Source: Chrysomallon squamiferum
Taxonomy: Eukaryota; Animalia; Mollusca
NCBI GenBank assembly: GCA_012295275.1
Contig: CM022672.1
Location: forward strand, 18,104,001-18,168,000
DNA length: 64,000 bases
Direction: 5' to 3'
Positions within the stretch are counted from its first letter, which is position 1. Each line of letters begins with the position of its first letter. Positions 13,609-27,325 of the stretch are shown piece by piece. Position numbers and translations under genes: made by a program. Under the pieces are notes generated by a model. That model worked only from the letters and a program-made list of their open reading frames with translations. It had not been told where the DNA came from and searched no databases.

Positions 13609-16600
13609 CAACAACAGTAATAACAGTAAAAATAATAATAATAATTAAAATTAAAAAGTTTGCATAATAGTATGAAGAAGAGTCATTCTGGCAAAAAATA
13701 CTTTTCCTCAACAAAAAAAATAAAGTCCATTAAATCCTACCCCAGAAACAAATAAAATTAAATTAATGCTGGTAAGCATTGTCTTTCAAAGGTTTTGTAT
13801 TCTAAATTAATCATTTTCAGACTATTACTAAATCAGTAAAAAAAAAATACTTAAATCTTTTTTAAAAGTTTATTTAAGAAAGCTTGTATAAAAAATATAA
13901 AAAAAAGAAAAGAATAAAATTAAAAATCAAAAACAGTAATAATAAAATAAAACTACAAAATAAAAAATAAATAAAAATGTACGACAAATTAAGACATTAT
14001 TGGATAAAACATTTCTACTTATTTCAGAATTATTAAACAGGCAAGTAGCAAAGACTACAGTTAATAATTTCTTACGATTTGCTTTGTTTCTGTGCTTTTG
14101 CAGTCTGGGACTTTGGTTCTCTGGTTAATTCTTCACACACAGAACTGTCATCTGCTGAAGGTTTTGGCTGCTGCTGTAAGCTTATCATTCCATTAGTGTC
14201 GACGACAGACTCTCGAGAATGCTGCCTTGGCAAACTTTCTCTGGATTCTTGCCTCTTTAAGCTCTCCCTAGAGTCTGGTCTCTTCACACTCTCCCTTGAA
14301 TCTTGTCCTTTCAAGCTCTCTCTTGAGTTTTCCCTTGCTAAGTTCTCCTTTGACTGACTCTGTTTTGAGGCTCGTCTGGCTCTAGGAGCAGGAGCAGCCT
14401 CTATTCCATCCACCTCTCCTGTCAGGTAGCTTAGCAGTGACGTCTGATTGGAGGATTTTTCTTCTTTTGGTTTCAAGCTCTCTTCTGAAGGAGTTTTCTG
14501 CCCATCTGGTGCTGATCTGCCCCTGGGTTTGTTCCCCTTGTCACTTTTCAAAAATGTTGGTGTTTTGCGCCCTCCGTCTTTGTCTGTTGGGGTTTTACGT
14601 CCAGAAGGTGCCGTCTTGGTCATCTCTGAGGAACCTTGTCTTCGTGGTTTTGGTTTTATTGCTGGTTCTGGTTCCTCATCATCCATTATTCGTCGTGGTT
14701 TGCCAAAAAGGTCAACTGTCGGGGTGGTTCGGCTTCTTGGACTTTCTTTGTCCCCTGTTTGTCGAGGTCGTGGTGTCGGTTTATCTGATTGTGGGGAACT
14801 CTCCACAGATAATGTTCTGAAATGAAAAAAAAAAAAAAAAAAAAAATTCAGAATAATCAAATAATTTTATACATTTTTAAAAATAAATATTGAAATTTCT
14901 GAAAATAAATATCAAAATTAATGTATAATTTCTTCAGTACATTTATCATCGTTGAATATATCTTCATGGACTAAAAATAAAGATTATTTAAGGAAAAAAA
15001 CAAAAAAGACCTTGTTACCTGGGAGACTGCTTGTCACTGCTGGTACTTCCCTGGCGTCTCAGTCTTGGGCGTGCCTGGGTTTCACCTCGAGCATCACGTG
15101 GAGTTCCTGATTCAGAAATCGGATCAAGCGATGATGGAGTCTTCCTGCCCCTAGAACTAACTGTAAGAAACATTAAACATTCAAAGATTACTGTAAACAG
15201 CCAACTCCTACAAAATCTGACAACAAAACCTAAGCTAAAGTGTATAGTCTCTTAGATGACAAATAAATGTTTAGCAGCTGATAACATGCTTATGAAATAT
15301 AATCTTCTACTTTCATCAAAGTCTTTCTGAAAATTATTTTATAATTATTTTAAGTAGTATTTGTTTTGGTAAATTTTGTATCAGTATTAGTGCTAGCAGC
15401 AGCAGTAATAATAATAATAATACTAAATTAATAATTAGCCTGGAAATGTTTACAAACAAAATTAGGATAATATAATTTAATTAAAATACATCCATTTAAC
15501 AGTATCTTTATGATGACATTTTAAACTATTATTTATTAAATAATGGTAACAAACAAACAACAAATGAAGTATCTTTTGATATTATTTAACCATGAAATAA
15601 TGATAACATTTTAAACAAAAGATTATTTTTAAATTCACACCTGGTGAGGGAGTTCTGTTATGCAGATCTCGCTGCTCTGTTGGAGGTTTACTAAAAGATG
15701 GTGGCTGCCATTGTTTGTTTTCATTACTGTCACCTTGATTCATTAAATCTTGAGCTGTAGTTGCTGAACCCTTCCTTCTAAAAATAAACACTAAGTAAAC
15801 AGTACAACAAATAAATAAAAAGATTAAAAACCTAATACTGCTACAATAAATATATATATAAATATATAAAACCTAATACTACTACACATATATATAAAAT
15901 TATATAATAATAATAAAAAAAAGAAAGTAAAGTTTATATGAAAAGAGGTAAAATTATTAAAGATTATAAAGCCAATTTTACAGAAATTAAACAATAATAA
16001 ATGAGTACAGATATCACTTATTTGGCTTCCAGAAAACCAGCTTTAGATATGTATTAATTTGTACAGATCTGTTAATACTATTTCGTTCTTTACTTTCCTT
16101 TGATTCATTTATATTTCACATTAATCCATGGTCCAGAAAAACCATGAAATCCAGCTATTCAGGACCCATCCTGTCCCAACCTAGCCAGACAAACGGTCTG
16201 TACACTAAATATCATCACATCGATTATTTTGTAGTGATTATCTAAATACACAATCTGAAGCAATATTACACAAAATTATATAAAAACCTGAAGAACGATC
16301 CTTTGTTTGACTTTTCATCGGGAAGAGTGTTAACCCCGAAAATCCTGTCTTCATTTGACAGTGTGTTGGACTCGTTGACTGGGGTGTGTTTACCAGTGGG
16401 TGTCCTTCGTCCATGCAAGCCGGAGTCGTTCGAGAAACTGTCTCTCGGGGACGGCTTCTTCCCCACGCTTGGAAATCCTCCAGCATGCTGTGTCCCTCCC
16501 AAACTGGCCACCTCCCTGTCTTCTTCGTCGTCATACGTTTGGTGATGCTGCTTTGAGGAAAACATGCCTCCTCCGCTGTGCCGTAGAGAGTCGCTTTGAT

Positions 16601-17570
16601 TTGGCTGCCACTCTGGGGATCTGTCGGCTCTCTTCTTTGCAGACTGGGGACGAGTCTTCATGAATTTTTTGGAATCTGTTAATCATAAATTAATGAAATA
16701 ATGCATTACAAATTTTTTTTATATTAATATTTTTTTTTTTTTTCTTAGTCATATGTGGGTGTTTTTTTTCGCTATAACTATAGTAAAAGAGGAAATTAAC
16801 TGTCATCATTCCAGTGACAATTACCAGCAATAAATTTCTTTTTTTTTATACACCTTCCCATAGACAGGAAAACAAATGATTTAAAATGTTAATTTCATTC
16901 ATTTTTTTAATATCTGTTTATGCTTGCCTGTTGAATAATTCTAAAATAATAAGACAGTCACTGAGAACTGGCTCTACCTGGAAATGTAGACAGATTTCAG
17001 AGCTGATAATAATATTTAATAACTCATACTTAGGTGCCAGTAATTTATTTAACAACTACAGTCCAAATCCTCTAACTCATTAAAATAAAAGATTTTAAAT
17101 GTATGCATGCTATATATTACTATATATAGTTCTGCATTACATTAACAAAATGTTTTATTCCACCATGCAACAAGCTATGCATTTTCTTTAATTAGCAGGA
17201 AATGATATTATATACATTTTCTTATAAACAGAAAATTTTTAAAAACAAACATGAGAAGATAAGGCTCAATGGTTGGAAGCAATTTATCACATCCTCTAAC
17301 AATTAACTTGAATTGAAAAAACCAATAATAATAATAATAATTTATTTTGAACTAACCTAAATTCCCAATATTATCATCCTCATCAGTTTCATCACTAGTA
17401 ATGTCTGCTGCCAAACCAAGCTTCTTCCTTTCCTTCAGTTTTCTTGCCAACTCATTCTGAAAAATATCTGGTGTCTTTTGCTTACGAGGATTATAAAGTT
17501 CACTGGAAACATCTGTTGGCATGCGAGGCCTTGTGGGACTATCAGTCTCATCAAATGACTGTCTGTACAT
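8859..17570 (-). CDS. MAP9: Microtubule-associated protein 9 (ASAP)-like, ~837 aa, 11 coding exons
   Basis: Exons 17570-17357, 16675-16288, 15777-15641, 15160-15019, 14816-14076, 13545-13441, 12099-11877, 11043-10879, 10331-10186, 9389-9245 and 8966-8859 splice in phase with GT-AG introns (2514 nt). The N-terminal FQNELARK motif, the K/E coiled coil with repeated W motifs (VYEEWY, FQSWAEKK, FQTWKEKK, YNRWLKEK) and the C-terminal PAWSPPNRT match MAP9 as recalled. Confidence 0.85.
12898..13175. mobile_element. Decayed pogo/Tigger-type (Tigger4/MER46-like) non-autonomous DNA transposon in a MAP9 intron
   Basis: It starts CAGGATGAGAATACTTTATCCGAAATGCTTGGAACCAGAAGCATTTTGGATTT and ends ATAAGGTTGCTCCAACTG, forming an imperfect TIR pair. 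The sequence resembles the Tigger4 terminal and internal consensus from memory; not verified by search. Confidence 0.6.
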
Positions 17571-18177
17571 TGTCTAGTTATTCTGAAGAAAAAAAAAATT
17601 GTTTTTATTAAATAACAGTAATAATAAAAGAAAATACATGCAGAAGATTTAAATATGAAACCTATAACTTAATAAAGGTGTTTTAAAAAAGAAATAGGCA
17701 ATATATAAACAAACCCAAAATTCAATATAAAATGCCAACTCTAAAAATCAAGATTTCTGAAAATCAATAATTAACACATATCATGTGATAAATATGATAA
17801 TAATTGTTGTCTTAAATACTTCTGTATATAAAACACTCTGACAGACATTCGGTAAGACTAAATATTCTGAACAAGCTTCAGTAAATCAAAACTGGACTTT
17901 TTTTCCAATTAATTAGAACAATTATGAAGATAACATTAATAATAAATTGATTTCTTTTTTTGAAAAAAATAAAAATAAATAAAAATAAATAAATTAAAAT
18001 AAATACAACATATTGATAATATTTTCCTATTCTTTTCATTTACAGTGAACCATGCCATCTTTTCCAGTTTTTACCATTAATATATGTATGTATGTATGTT
18101 TGTACACACACACACACAAACACACAAACACACTTTCATGCCTGTCTGTCACATAACACTGTTTTATCAATGTCCTT

Positions 18178-18216
<39 letters not shown>

Positions 18217-18874
18217 TATTTTAATAAGCGAATGATGATTTCAGAATTCTATATTACTAAAATCATAAATGACAAATAGTTTTAATCATTATATTTTAAG
18301 TTAAAGCTCGGCAGATATTCTTATTTACATTTTTAGTAATGGAATGTTATTTCTATATTTGGGTATTCCCTGAAACATTGTATATCACTATATGCACAGC
18401 TTTTGATTGTGTTGTTTTCATTATCCATATATATTATATTATCCAACAGCATTGATATATAAATTATAAAAATAATAATAACAAAATAAAATAAAATAAA
18501 ATTCAGATTTAAAGCAGTTTCGAACATTAACGTACCAAAGTCAAAGATGACTAATAATAGAAGCAGAAGCATATAATGATATATAACAACAAATACTCTA
18601 AATTGTGATATCGTAATTTCCTATTCACATTAATATTTCATAAACAGTAATTATTGTTTAGCTGTATATTATATATTTAATAATGCTTGCTGAACATACC
18701 ATGATAAGTGTTTAATTCAGTTTGTCTCTTGCACATTCCTTTTTATTGTTATTTTTTTATTTTTTATTTTTTTTATTGCGGTACCTGCTTTACGAACCGC
18801 GATTAACATATATGTATTATTTAAAATTTTAGTTGTATATACATATTATAACATTATTTCATTATATAACATAC

Positions 18875-18990
18875 CTGTCAAATCTTTAGAAATAAATGGT
18901 TATGCTTAAAGAATCAGCCAGCATTTGGAAATCATGAAATTAAAAAGTGGATCAGCTCGACTACCATGTTTACGCGTAACTTGGCAGGTA
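18875..18990 (-). promoter_or_regulatory. Probable MAP9 non-coding first exon and promoter
   Basis: CAG|GTATGT donor at 18874 upstream of the acceptor at 17583. The patch is locally CpG-richer and carries a forkhead-type TGTTTAC at 18967-18973. Confidence 0.45.
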
Positions 18991-19556
18991 AATAATCAAA
19001 AAGTTGGAATCGTATCCGAAATGCGGTATTATCTATTAATTAAATTTCAATTAACCACATATGTTTAAGTAATAATATATAAATTATTTTTCGTATAGAA
19101 TATATCTATTTATAGATAAAGATAAACAGTGGTCTAATAATTCTTTTAACTGGAAAATCCTATGATCGTATTCGCTTGATCGTTTTAAATCTAGCAAGTT
19201 TTAGCTTGCTTTTTATTTGAGTCAGTGTAATGTTCGTTGTTGTTCGGGACAATCCACCATACTCGGTAAAGCTCACATTTTGGTCGAGATTACACAAAAT
19301 TATTAGAACAACAACAACCCTCCCCCAAAAACCCCCATTAAAACAAACAACAACAACAATAATAAATAAATAAATATGATCGCTGTTTTCATTTTATGAC
19401 AGTAATATGACACCATCATTGACAATCGGTTTTGACTTAGAAAGGAGGAATATTTGAAATATTAACAAAAACATAAACTGAAATATTAATTTACCGAATT
19501 ATTTATAGGAAGTTTACTGTGATTACACTTAAAGTGATATTTTATTTTATTTTATT

Positions 19557-19587
<31 letters not shown>

Positions 19588-21741
19588 TGTTTTCACCATA
19601 AGAAAATAACAACTAATACAGCGAATGATACACGAATACCATGTTCAAAAGTTTTCATAACCAAGGGTATCTAAGGTAAAGACAATTATTTGGAAGAAGA
19701 AAACAAAAAAAGCAGTATAAAAAACATCTTTGTCAGGGTACATTTATATATATATTATTCAAATTCTTACCAGATATCCCCACTTACTATTAATAAAATA
19801 AAACAAAATATAAATGGAAGTTTATATTGTAGTTATATTTGATTACATGCGATTTACATGTGTAGAATAGAAAAATAATAGCAATTGTTTCCTATTCTGT
19901 TAAAGTCAGATTATATAAAAAAAAAAAAAAAAAAATAAAGTAATTAGTGGAGAGTAAGTGCTAGCAAGATAGATTAAGATGACTCCTGTAGATGACCATA
20001 TATTGCAACTGCTACCTGTAATGTAAGTGGGGTGGGGACTTTCTCAGAAAGCAAGGCCTTGCACTCTCGCCTGGACATTGTAGGACCTTAAACAATTGCT
20101 AGTGAAGGAGACGACAGTGGTCGTGTTATTTTAATTTTATTTTTTTTTTTTTTTTTTTGTGCTGGTTTGATTTTTTAGTTTTGCAACTGTAAAATTTTTA
20201 TTACGCTTTGTTTTGTGAACCTGGTCAGTTTGTCCTCCTTGGAGACGCCAGAATTACCATGTTGTATATATTAATATTGCTATATCAGAATTCCTTTATA
20301 CTAAAGGCCCTTTAATTGGAAACCCCGTCTTGTTCGTTTATTCCTTAGACAGTGATATATATTACGTATATATATATATTATACCAACATATCGGTCGGA
20401 CGAAATTCGCTAGCTTCCCGTCCCCTGCTGCATTTGCACCAGGAATGTTATAATCGTACCACTTCAGCATAAGCAGTCTTTTGACCTTACTTTTGGTTTT
20501 TTCTCTTGCTTATTTGTCTTTTTAAATAATAATAATTAATGAAAATAAATATAACAAAAAGGATGAATATGGCAAACAATTACTATCGGATAAAAGGAAG
20601 AAAAAAGCATGAATTGTAAATATATAAAAGAAAATATAATAATAATAATAATAAAGATAAATAAATGATAATATATATATATATATATATACCCAACAAA
20701 AATAGTTAATCAGAAGTAAATGAATATTAAGTAAGTTGAAACAGCGTGTATATATATTATGTGTAAAACTAAAAATACACAATAAAACATGAATATTAAA
20801 AAACAAGAAAAATAATAAATAGGTTGTAATAATAAGAAAGTTTATAAATAAATAAATAAAATAAAATAAAATTAAATTAAATTAAATTAAACTAGAAAAA
20901 TTGAAGAATAAAAACAACGTGTGAGAAAAAAGAGAAGAATTGTAAGTTGAAACGATGATCTAAAAGAAAGAGAAGAAAGGAAGCAATAACAGACAGAAGA
21001 AAAAGAAGAAAGAAAGGTGAAGAAGGAGAAAGATGAAAAAAAAAATGTTAAGATAAAATTATGAAACATTTAAAAAAAGAAGAAATAAAACAGGAAGCAA
21101 TAATAGTTTAAGAATAGCAAGAAAGAAAATTAAATGTGTTTAGAAATTGTGCTGTAAACGAGTACATCAGGCTTGGTGAACAAATCTCATCAGTCATTAC
21201 ATTTCACTGGTAAAAGTTGACAATACATCCATAAAGATTTAAAAAAAAATAAAAAAAAAAATAAAAAAAATATATTTAATTGCAAAATATTATTATTTTG
21301 AGTCAATATTTAGCTTAATTTGAATATGTTTGTCTCATTTTTAGTGAAAAAAGTTCCATTGTTCTCTTACAAAAAGTCCAGTACAAGTATTGGCCAATAC
21401 AAATACCATTTTGTGTGTACGTTAATTGTATGCTACCGGAAACATTCAGTTTTCCGTGTAACTGATTTTCATGGTTTCGGGTTACTACTGGTACTGAACC
21501 ATTTATCCGGCAAACTTCGGACTGGAGGTGATCCGGATTTCTGGATACAGACTAAATATATACTTAAAGTATAAAATAAAAAAGGAAAAATAAAAAAGAA
21601 ACTGTATTTAACAGGTACAAATTAAACCGGTTCTTAATATGCATAAATTTCGTACAATATATAATATATCGGATGAAAACTAAAAAATAAAAAAAATAAA
21701 TAGTAACAAACACCTAAAAAAAAAAAAAAAAAAAAAATAAA

Positions 21742-22545
21742 ATTAATATTTATTAGCAGACTTCTGCCCCCAACTTTATTAGATTTTTATCATGGTTTAT
21801 CTTGTTTATAATTTACAGTCATCCTGATGTCAAATTTTGAAAATATTCGTTCAGAATTTTGTTGTAGCACAAAACACTTGACCGGTACTGGATTTATCTA
21901 TGTTTTAAAAAAAAAAATTACATTATCAGTAATGTCACGTAAGTATTTTTACTTTTCAAATCTATCGTAGCCTATACATCGAACAGCATATATCAGCAAC
22001 AAGTGTGCAACTGTAATATGTTTTACCACACATTTTTACAACTATTAAATATATGTAAAAAAAAAAAAAAAAAAAAAAATGTTGATTGAGAAAGCGCCAA
22101 ACACAGACGTTTTATCAAAGTATATGTCAAATGTGCTACCGTTGTTACACAATAAAAATCTAAAAAACACAGCCAAAAACAACACAAAAATAAAAATAAA
22201 CAACAACCAACAACAGCAACAGCAACAAGATGAAATATCCATCAAAAAGTAAAATAAATGAAATACGTTACTATATACCTCTCACATATAGGCTGGACAA
22301 TGAATGAAATGCCGTAGCTTATCCGTTGGGAATATTCTCTTGTTATTTTCTGATAAGGTTATTACGTATCTGCCACACAGCCTATTCGATATGTCCACTG
22401 ATAACTAACACTGGAACACTATTTCTATACACTACATGCTGCCACTCAAAGTAATCACATACACTGCCAAGTGTGTAATGCAAGTCCGTTATTCACCAAA
22501 CATTTCTGCATACATGAAACATTTCACGAATTTGTATTTGATCAT
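21742..22545 (+). repeat. Diverged dispersed duplicate, copy B (partner 6388-7335)
   Basis: Same colinear blocks as copy A, but without the left arm of the 6591-6660 hairpin. Confidence 0.9.
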
Positions 22546-22650
22546 CATATCAGAAACAAACCATTGCAAGATATGCCGTGTATATGTAAGATGTACTCTA
22601 TATAGCCAAGTTTATTTGTTTATTAGAATTATTTAAACATAATAAATCAA

Positions 22651-22708
<58 letters not shown>

Positions 22709-24587
22709 TTGCATCATTAATTTAATAATTGGTTATCTTTATTTAATTATATTTTTCATTGTCTTACTATTTTTATTATATGTTTTCCTATGGCTGTGGT
22801 TAATTTACTTTTAATTAGATTGCTATTTCACCAATTTATTTTTATTCACATACAATATAATGATTTAAAGAGATTATGTTAAATAATAATAATATTAAAA
22901 AGCCCGTTAAGGTACGTGTTCATACGATCTTAATTTTCATGTTAATATTTATTGTAATAATCATAATGAACTTGGAAATACTGCTTCAATAATTAAATTT
23001 TTAAATGGTTTATTTATGTTGGGGATTTTTCTTCTTTCTTCCCATTTTTGCTTCTGTTTCAGAAACTACCAATGATTTGTAGAATGTTTTATATTTTTGG
23101 TTAAAAAATAGTAATAATAAATAATAATAATCTTTAAGTTATTGAAGTAAGTGATCATCTCCTCAGTGTGAAAAATATTGAAAAGTACTAGTATATATGT
23201 AATAAAGAATAATAAATAAAAAAACACACAACAAAACAATTAATTAACACAGTAATTACGAATTAAAACAAGATACCAAAATTTATAATGCTTTTTATTA
23301 AGCCAAAGGATTTTTGCAATTCAACATGTATTCATCACACATTTTGCATATATATTTCCTACTTGATCTGAATATAAATACCTGCATTTTAGTACTGTTT
23401 TGTTTTCTTTTGAATTATTTATTTACATATTCAAAAGAAGTTTACAAAATGTACAACAAAAGCACTTGAGTGTAAAATTAAATCTATACAAATCAACAAT
23501 GTCATGATCAAAATGCTGTTATTGAAAATAAGATGCTTCGACAAGCCAAATTGCACAACCATATCTGGTTTTGTGTTTTTGTTTCAAATACGAGTAAAAG
23601 AAATGTCCTTATGATGTTATTTGTATATCACTGAATTATCAAAGATCTCTTATTTATTTATTTTAAACACAGCAAAAGAAGTAACTACATACTGAAAGTA
23701 AATACAATCACTGAACCCACATTTCTATCTGTAAATTATCATATGCAACTGCTTGATTTGTTTTGTTTTTTAAGGAAACAACGATATGTTAATGTAAATA
23801 AACATTAATAATAAACGAAAAACATAAAATTAAAAATTAAAAATAAATAAATTATGCAAGTAAATTGTTTATACTAAGGAACTTAAACTTTTATCAAATT
23901 TAGTCTCATTTTCAAAACATTTATACCAGATTACTTGGTTTGAAATGAAGGACAGACTAGCAGTATAAGAAATAAATTATTTATTCACAAATGTCCTCAT
24001 GTTTTTGTCAGATCTGATATTTAACTGAACAGTTTTTTTTAAGTAATTTCATATCCTCTGTAGCACTGGTTAACATCAGTCAAGTAAGAATCACATATAA
24101 AAACGTGTAAAATGACTTTTTCTCTTTCTTTCTTTAACTGTTTCATTTACAGATCATTTGTACCCATTAACCACTGTATCTAAATTATAGCACAACAATT
24201 TATTTCTGATGTCCTATTATATTTTTGAAACTTTTAGAACATTAAAAAAAAAAAAAAAAAAAGATTATTTCATAAACTGTATTTCTGATTACAACGCGTG
24301 TGATATAAACAATCAAGTTGGAAACACAACCTCTTCAAAAGCAACTAAATTCTTTGTACACATCTTAAATCAAACCCAATTAATCACATCTCTCAAATTA
24401 TGCCACAGATTGCATGCTTTAGGTACATGGGTGCTGCACAAGTTTTAAAAAGTTATTTCAAACAACAAATGAATTAATTATATTTATCAGTGTTATCTGA
24501 ATGTGATAGCATCAGAAATAAAAATAGAATCTAATTTCTCACATACTTGTATATATACACATATATAATTATAAAAACTACAATTCT

Positions 24588-27285
24588 TTAAAGCAAAGAA
24601 CTAAGGCCATTAGCTGATGCAAATGCTGTCAGGACATCAGCAGCTTGGCGTGTTTCTAACAACAAGGTGGCTTCTTTGAGCCAGTCTTCTGCTACCCTCC
24701 TTGGTTCACCCACCAATTGGTTCATGAACCGAACAGCCTGCTCGAAGTCTCCTTTTTGCAAGAAGTAATCGGCGTGGGCAAGGATGGAAAACGTGTCCAG
24801 TTTGTCCATGAGGATCTTGTCGGACACGTCTGTTGCATTCACAGACTCGACAATGAAAAAGGACTGCAGGTACGAAATGAAATATTTGAAAAGCGATCCG
24901 CCGGTTTCGTCTATCATGGCCACTCGACGACACACTTGTTTCACTTTTCTGAACCTCTCTTTCAGAATGTCCTCCGTCATCACACCTCTTTTCACCGCTT
25001 CTTCAGGAATCGTTCGGATGATCGTCTCCACGAATGGATGCTGCTTCGATGCGTCAGACACGCCGTGGATCTCGTCGGTCAGAGGCTTTCTTCTGTCTTC
25101 CCATTCTTCGCCGTCTTCGTTACCCAGACGGATTGCTCCGTTCAGGGCCAGGCAGGCAACCCACAGTTCTTGAGACATTCTTGCTATTTTTTCCTGTGCT
25201 GCTCGTTCTGAAAAACAATTTGAAAAATAAAATAAAATGGACAATAAAAAAGAAAATATTTGGATTTTGTAGGTTTCTACATTTCACCACCAACATTTAT
25301 GGCAAATGGTAAAGGAAATGACATTAACTGGTAAATTCATTACATTAAAATAATAATAATAAAAACAAATACAAAATAAAAAATGCAAAATACATTACAC
25401 TGAATAGAACTAGAATTATAAACTTCTTAATAATATTTTATTCCTACTTCTCAGTATATAATAATCAGAGAACTCCTATAATTTCATAAAAACTGTTTCA
25501 AACATCTAAATCTTCAAAATCAACTGAGACAACTCTAACCGTCAACGGCAGCTTCAATGCCTTTAAGTCTAGCGATCCATCCGGCTATTTCTGAGCGGAA
25601 GCTCTGCTGCTCTTCGAGGATTTTCATGAGCAGCTGTCTTTCAAACTGATCCTCCATTTCTTCGAGCTGTACTCGGAGGACATCTTTAAGATGGTCGCTG
25701 TGAGCTGCAGCTTGTCGAGCCAGCTGGTAACGTAGCTCCTTCTCAAAGTCAGCTCTAGATTCAGCGTTCTGAAGAAAAATATGTAAAACGATAACATTAC
25801 ATTTAAAACTAGTATGTCTTTTACCTGACACTTTCATGCTTGAATGTTAATTTTTTTGTCAAATACACACAGCCAGTGTTTACGGTTATGAAGCATAATT
25901 ACGTCAAACAGTTTAATTAATTCATCATCAACTGAAATTCGTACTGACCCAGTTCTCTTTTTGAACGTCAAAATTTGCTTGCATTTTTTCCAATTCCAGT
26001 TTGACTCTCATTTCTGCCATTTTTTCATCTTCCTGTATTTGGTGTTCCAGTGCTTTCTCAATGTGGTCTGCCTCCATGGCCAGCTGTTCAGCCAACTGTT
26101 TCTGCAGTTGCTCAATACGACGATGTGCATGAGCGATCAGCGAATTTAGTTCCTCTTCACTTAACTTTTTACCTGTGTTTGATGGTAAGAATAATAATAA
26201 CAATTATCATCATCATAAGAAGAACAAAAACATCAAAGCAATAATCAGTTAATAACAGTGATAATTCTAAAGCATTTCAAAACAAATTTTCTTTCACAAA
26301 TAATGTGATTTTTGAAGCATCAAGAATGATTTTAAAAGGATTAATGGCAAGAACAAATAAAGAAATCAGTTACAACAGTGTGAATAGATATTAGTTTCAA
26401 AAGGTTTAGCAGTAAAAACATACCTTGCTTCCCTTTAAGTTTTATGTCAGGCAAGATACATTCAAGTTCTTTTTGAAACTGTTTTCTGCCCTTATCAACC
26501 AGATCCTTGTATTTTGTCATGATTTTGGCATCTGATTCAGCCCTTGATACCTAAAACAAAAAAAACCCCAAACATACACATACCAATAAATAATGTTTCA
26601 ATCTGTAATTAAGTAACTTAATTCCTCTAGCTAATTTAATTTCCTTAACTAAATCAACTGCTGTAGTTATTGTAGTGTTTATAAATAGATTTTATTTATT
26701 ATTTTTCTTGAATTTCTTTTAATCAGTTAACTCTGATCTCTGTTAGAGCTGATGATCTACAGTAATTTCATAATTTAACTAAGAAAAAACAACTGATATA
26801 ACTTTAACACATATTGTCCATCTGTGAAATATGTGTCAAACATTGATCATTAAATGTGGAACAAACTGTATGAAACTGGATACTTTGTAAATCTCAAAAA
26901 AAAAAAAAACCCACCCATAGTTAACATTAAGCAAAATTAACTGATACAAATCATACAAATGTGAAATTTTCTTAACATCATACCTGGGCTGAGACATTTC
27001 CAAGTTCATTGTTGTGTTTGTTCAATGTTTCCTGTGCTTTCATTATTATCTTGTTCTTCTTTGTAACTGCATTGTTCTTCCCATCTTCAATAGCATGCTT
27101 CAACTTCTCCAGGTCAGCTCTAGAATTTAAAAAAATACATACAAAAATACAGAAATTTAAGAAGGATTTTTAAGATTATCATTATGCTTAAGAAATGTAA
27201 TAAAAATAAAAAGCAAACCATTATATTCCTTAAATACATGCCAAACATAATTAAGAAATATGGATTTTATTATCATTAGAGTATA

Positions 27286-27325
<40 letters not shown>

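Noticed and set aside
18959-18973. RFX X-box in the MAP9 promoter
   Set aside because: Too many mismatches to GTTNCCATGGNAAC; only the 7-bp forkhead motif is exact.
16125-21550. Short GC-richer patches at about 16125-16205, 19985-20120, 20385-20470 and 21495-21550 as transposon ends or ncRNAs
   Set aside because: No partner TIR, target-site duplication, tRNA fold or recognisable family could be established by eye.
14079-25312. Long plus-strand ORFs opposite MAP9 and MIC60 exons (14079, 14437, 14448, 16303, 16400, 24717, 24784, 25034)
   Set aside because: Antisense shadows of GC-richer coding exons, with no splice or motif support of their own.
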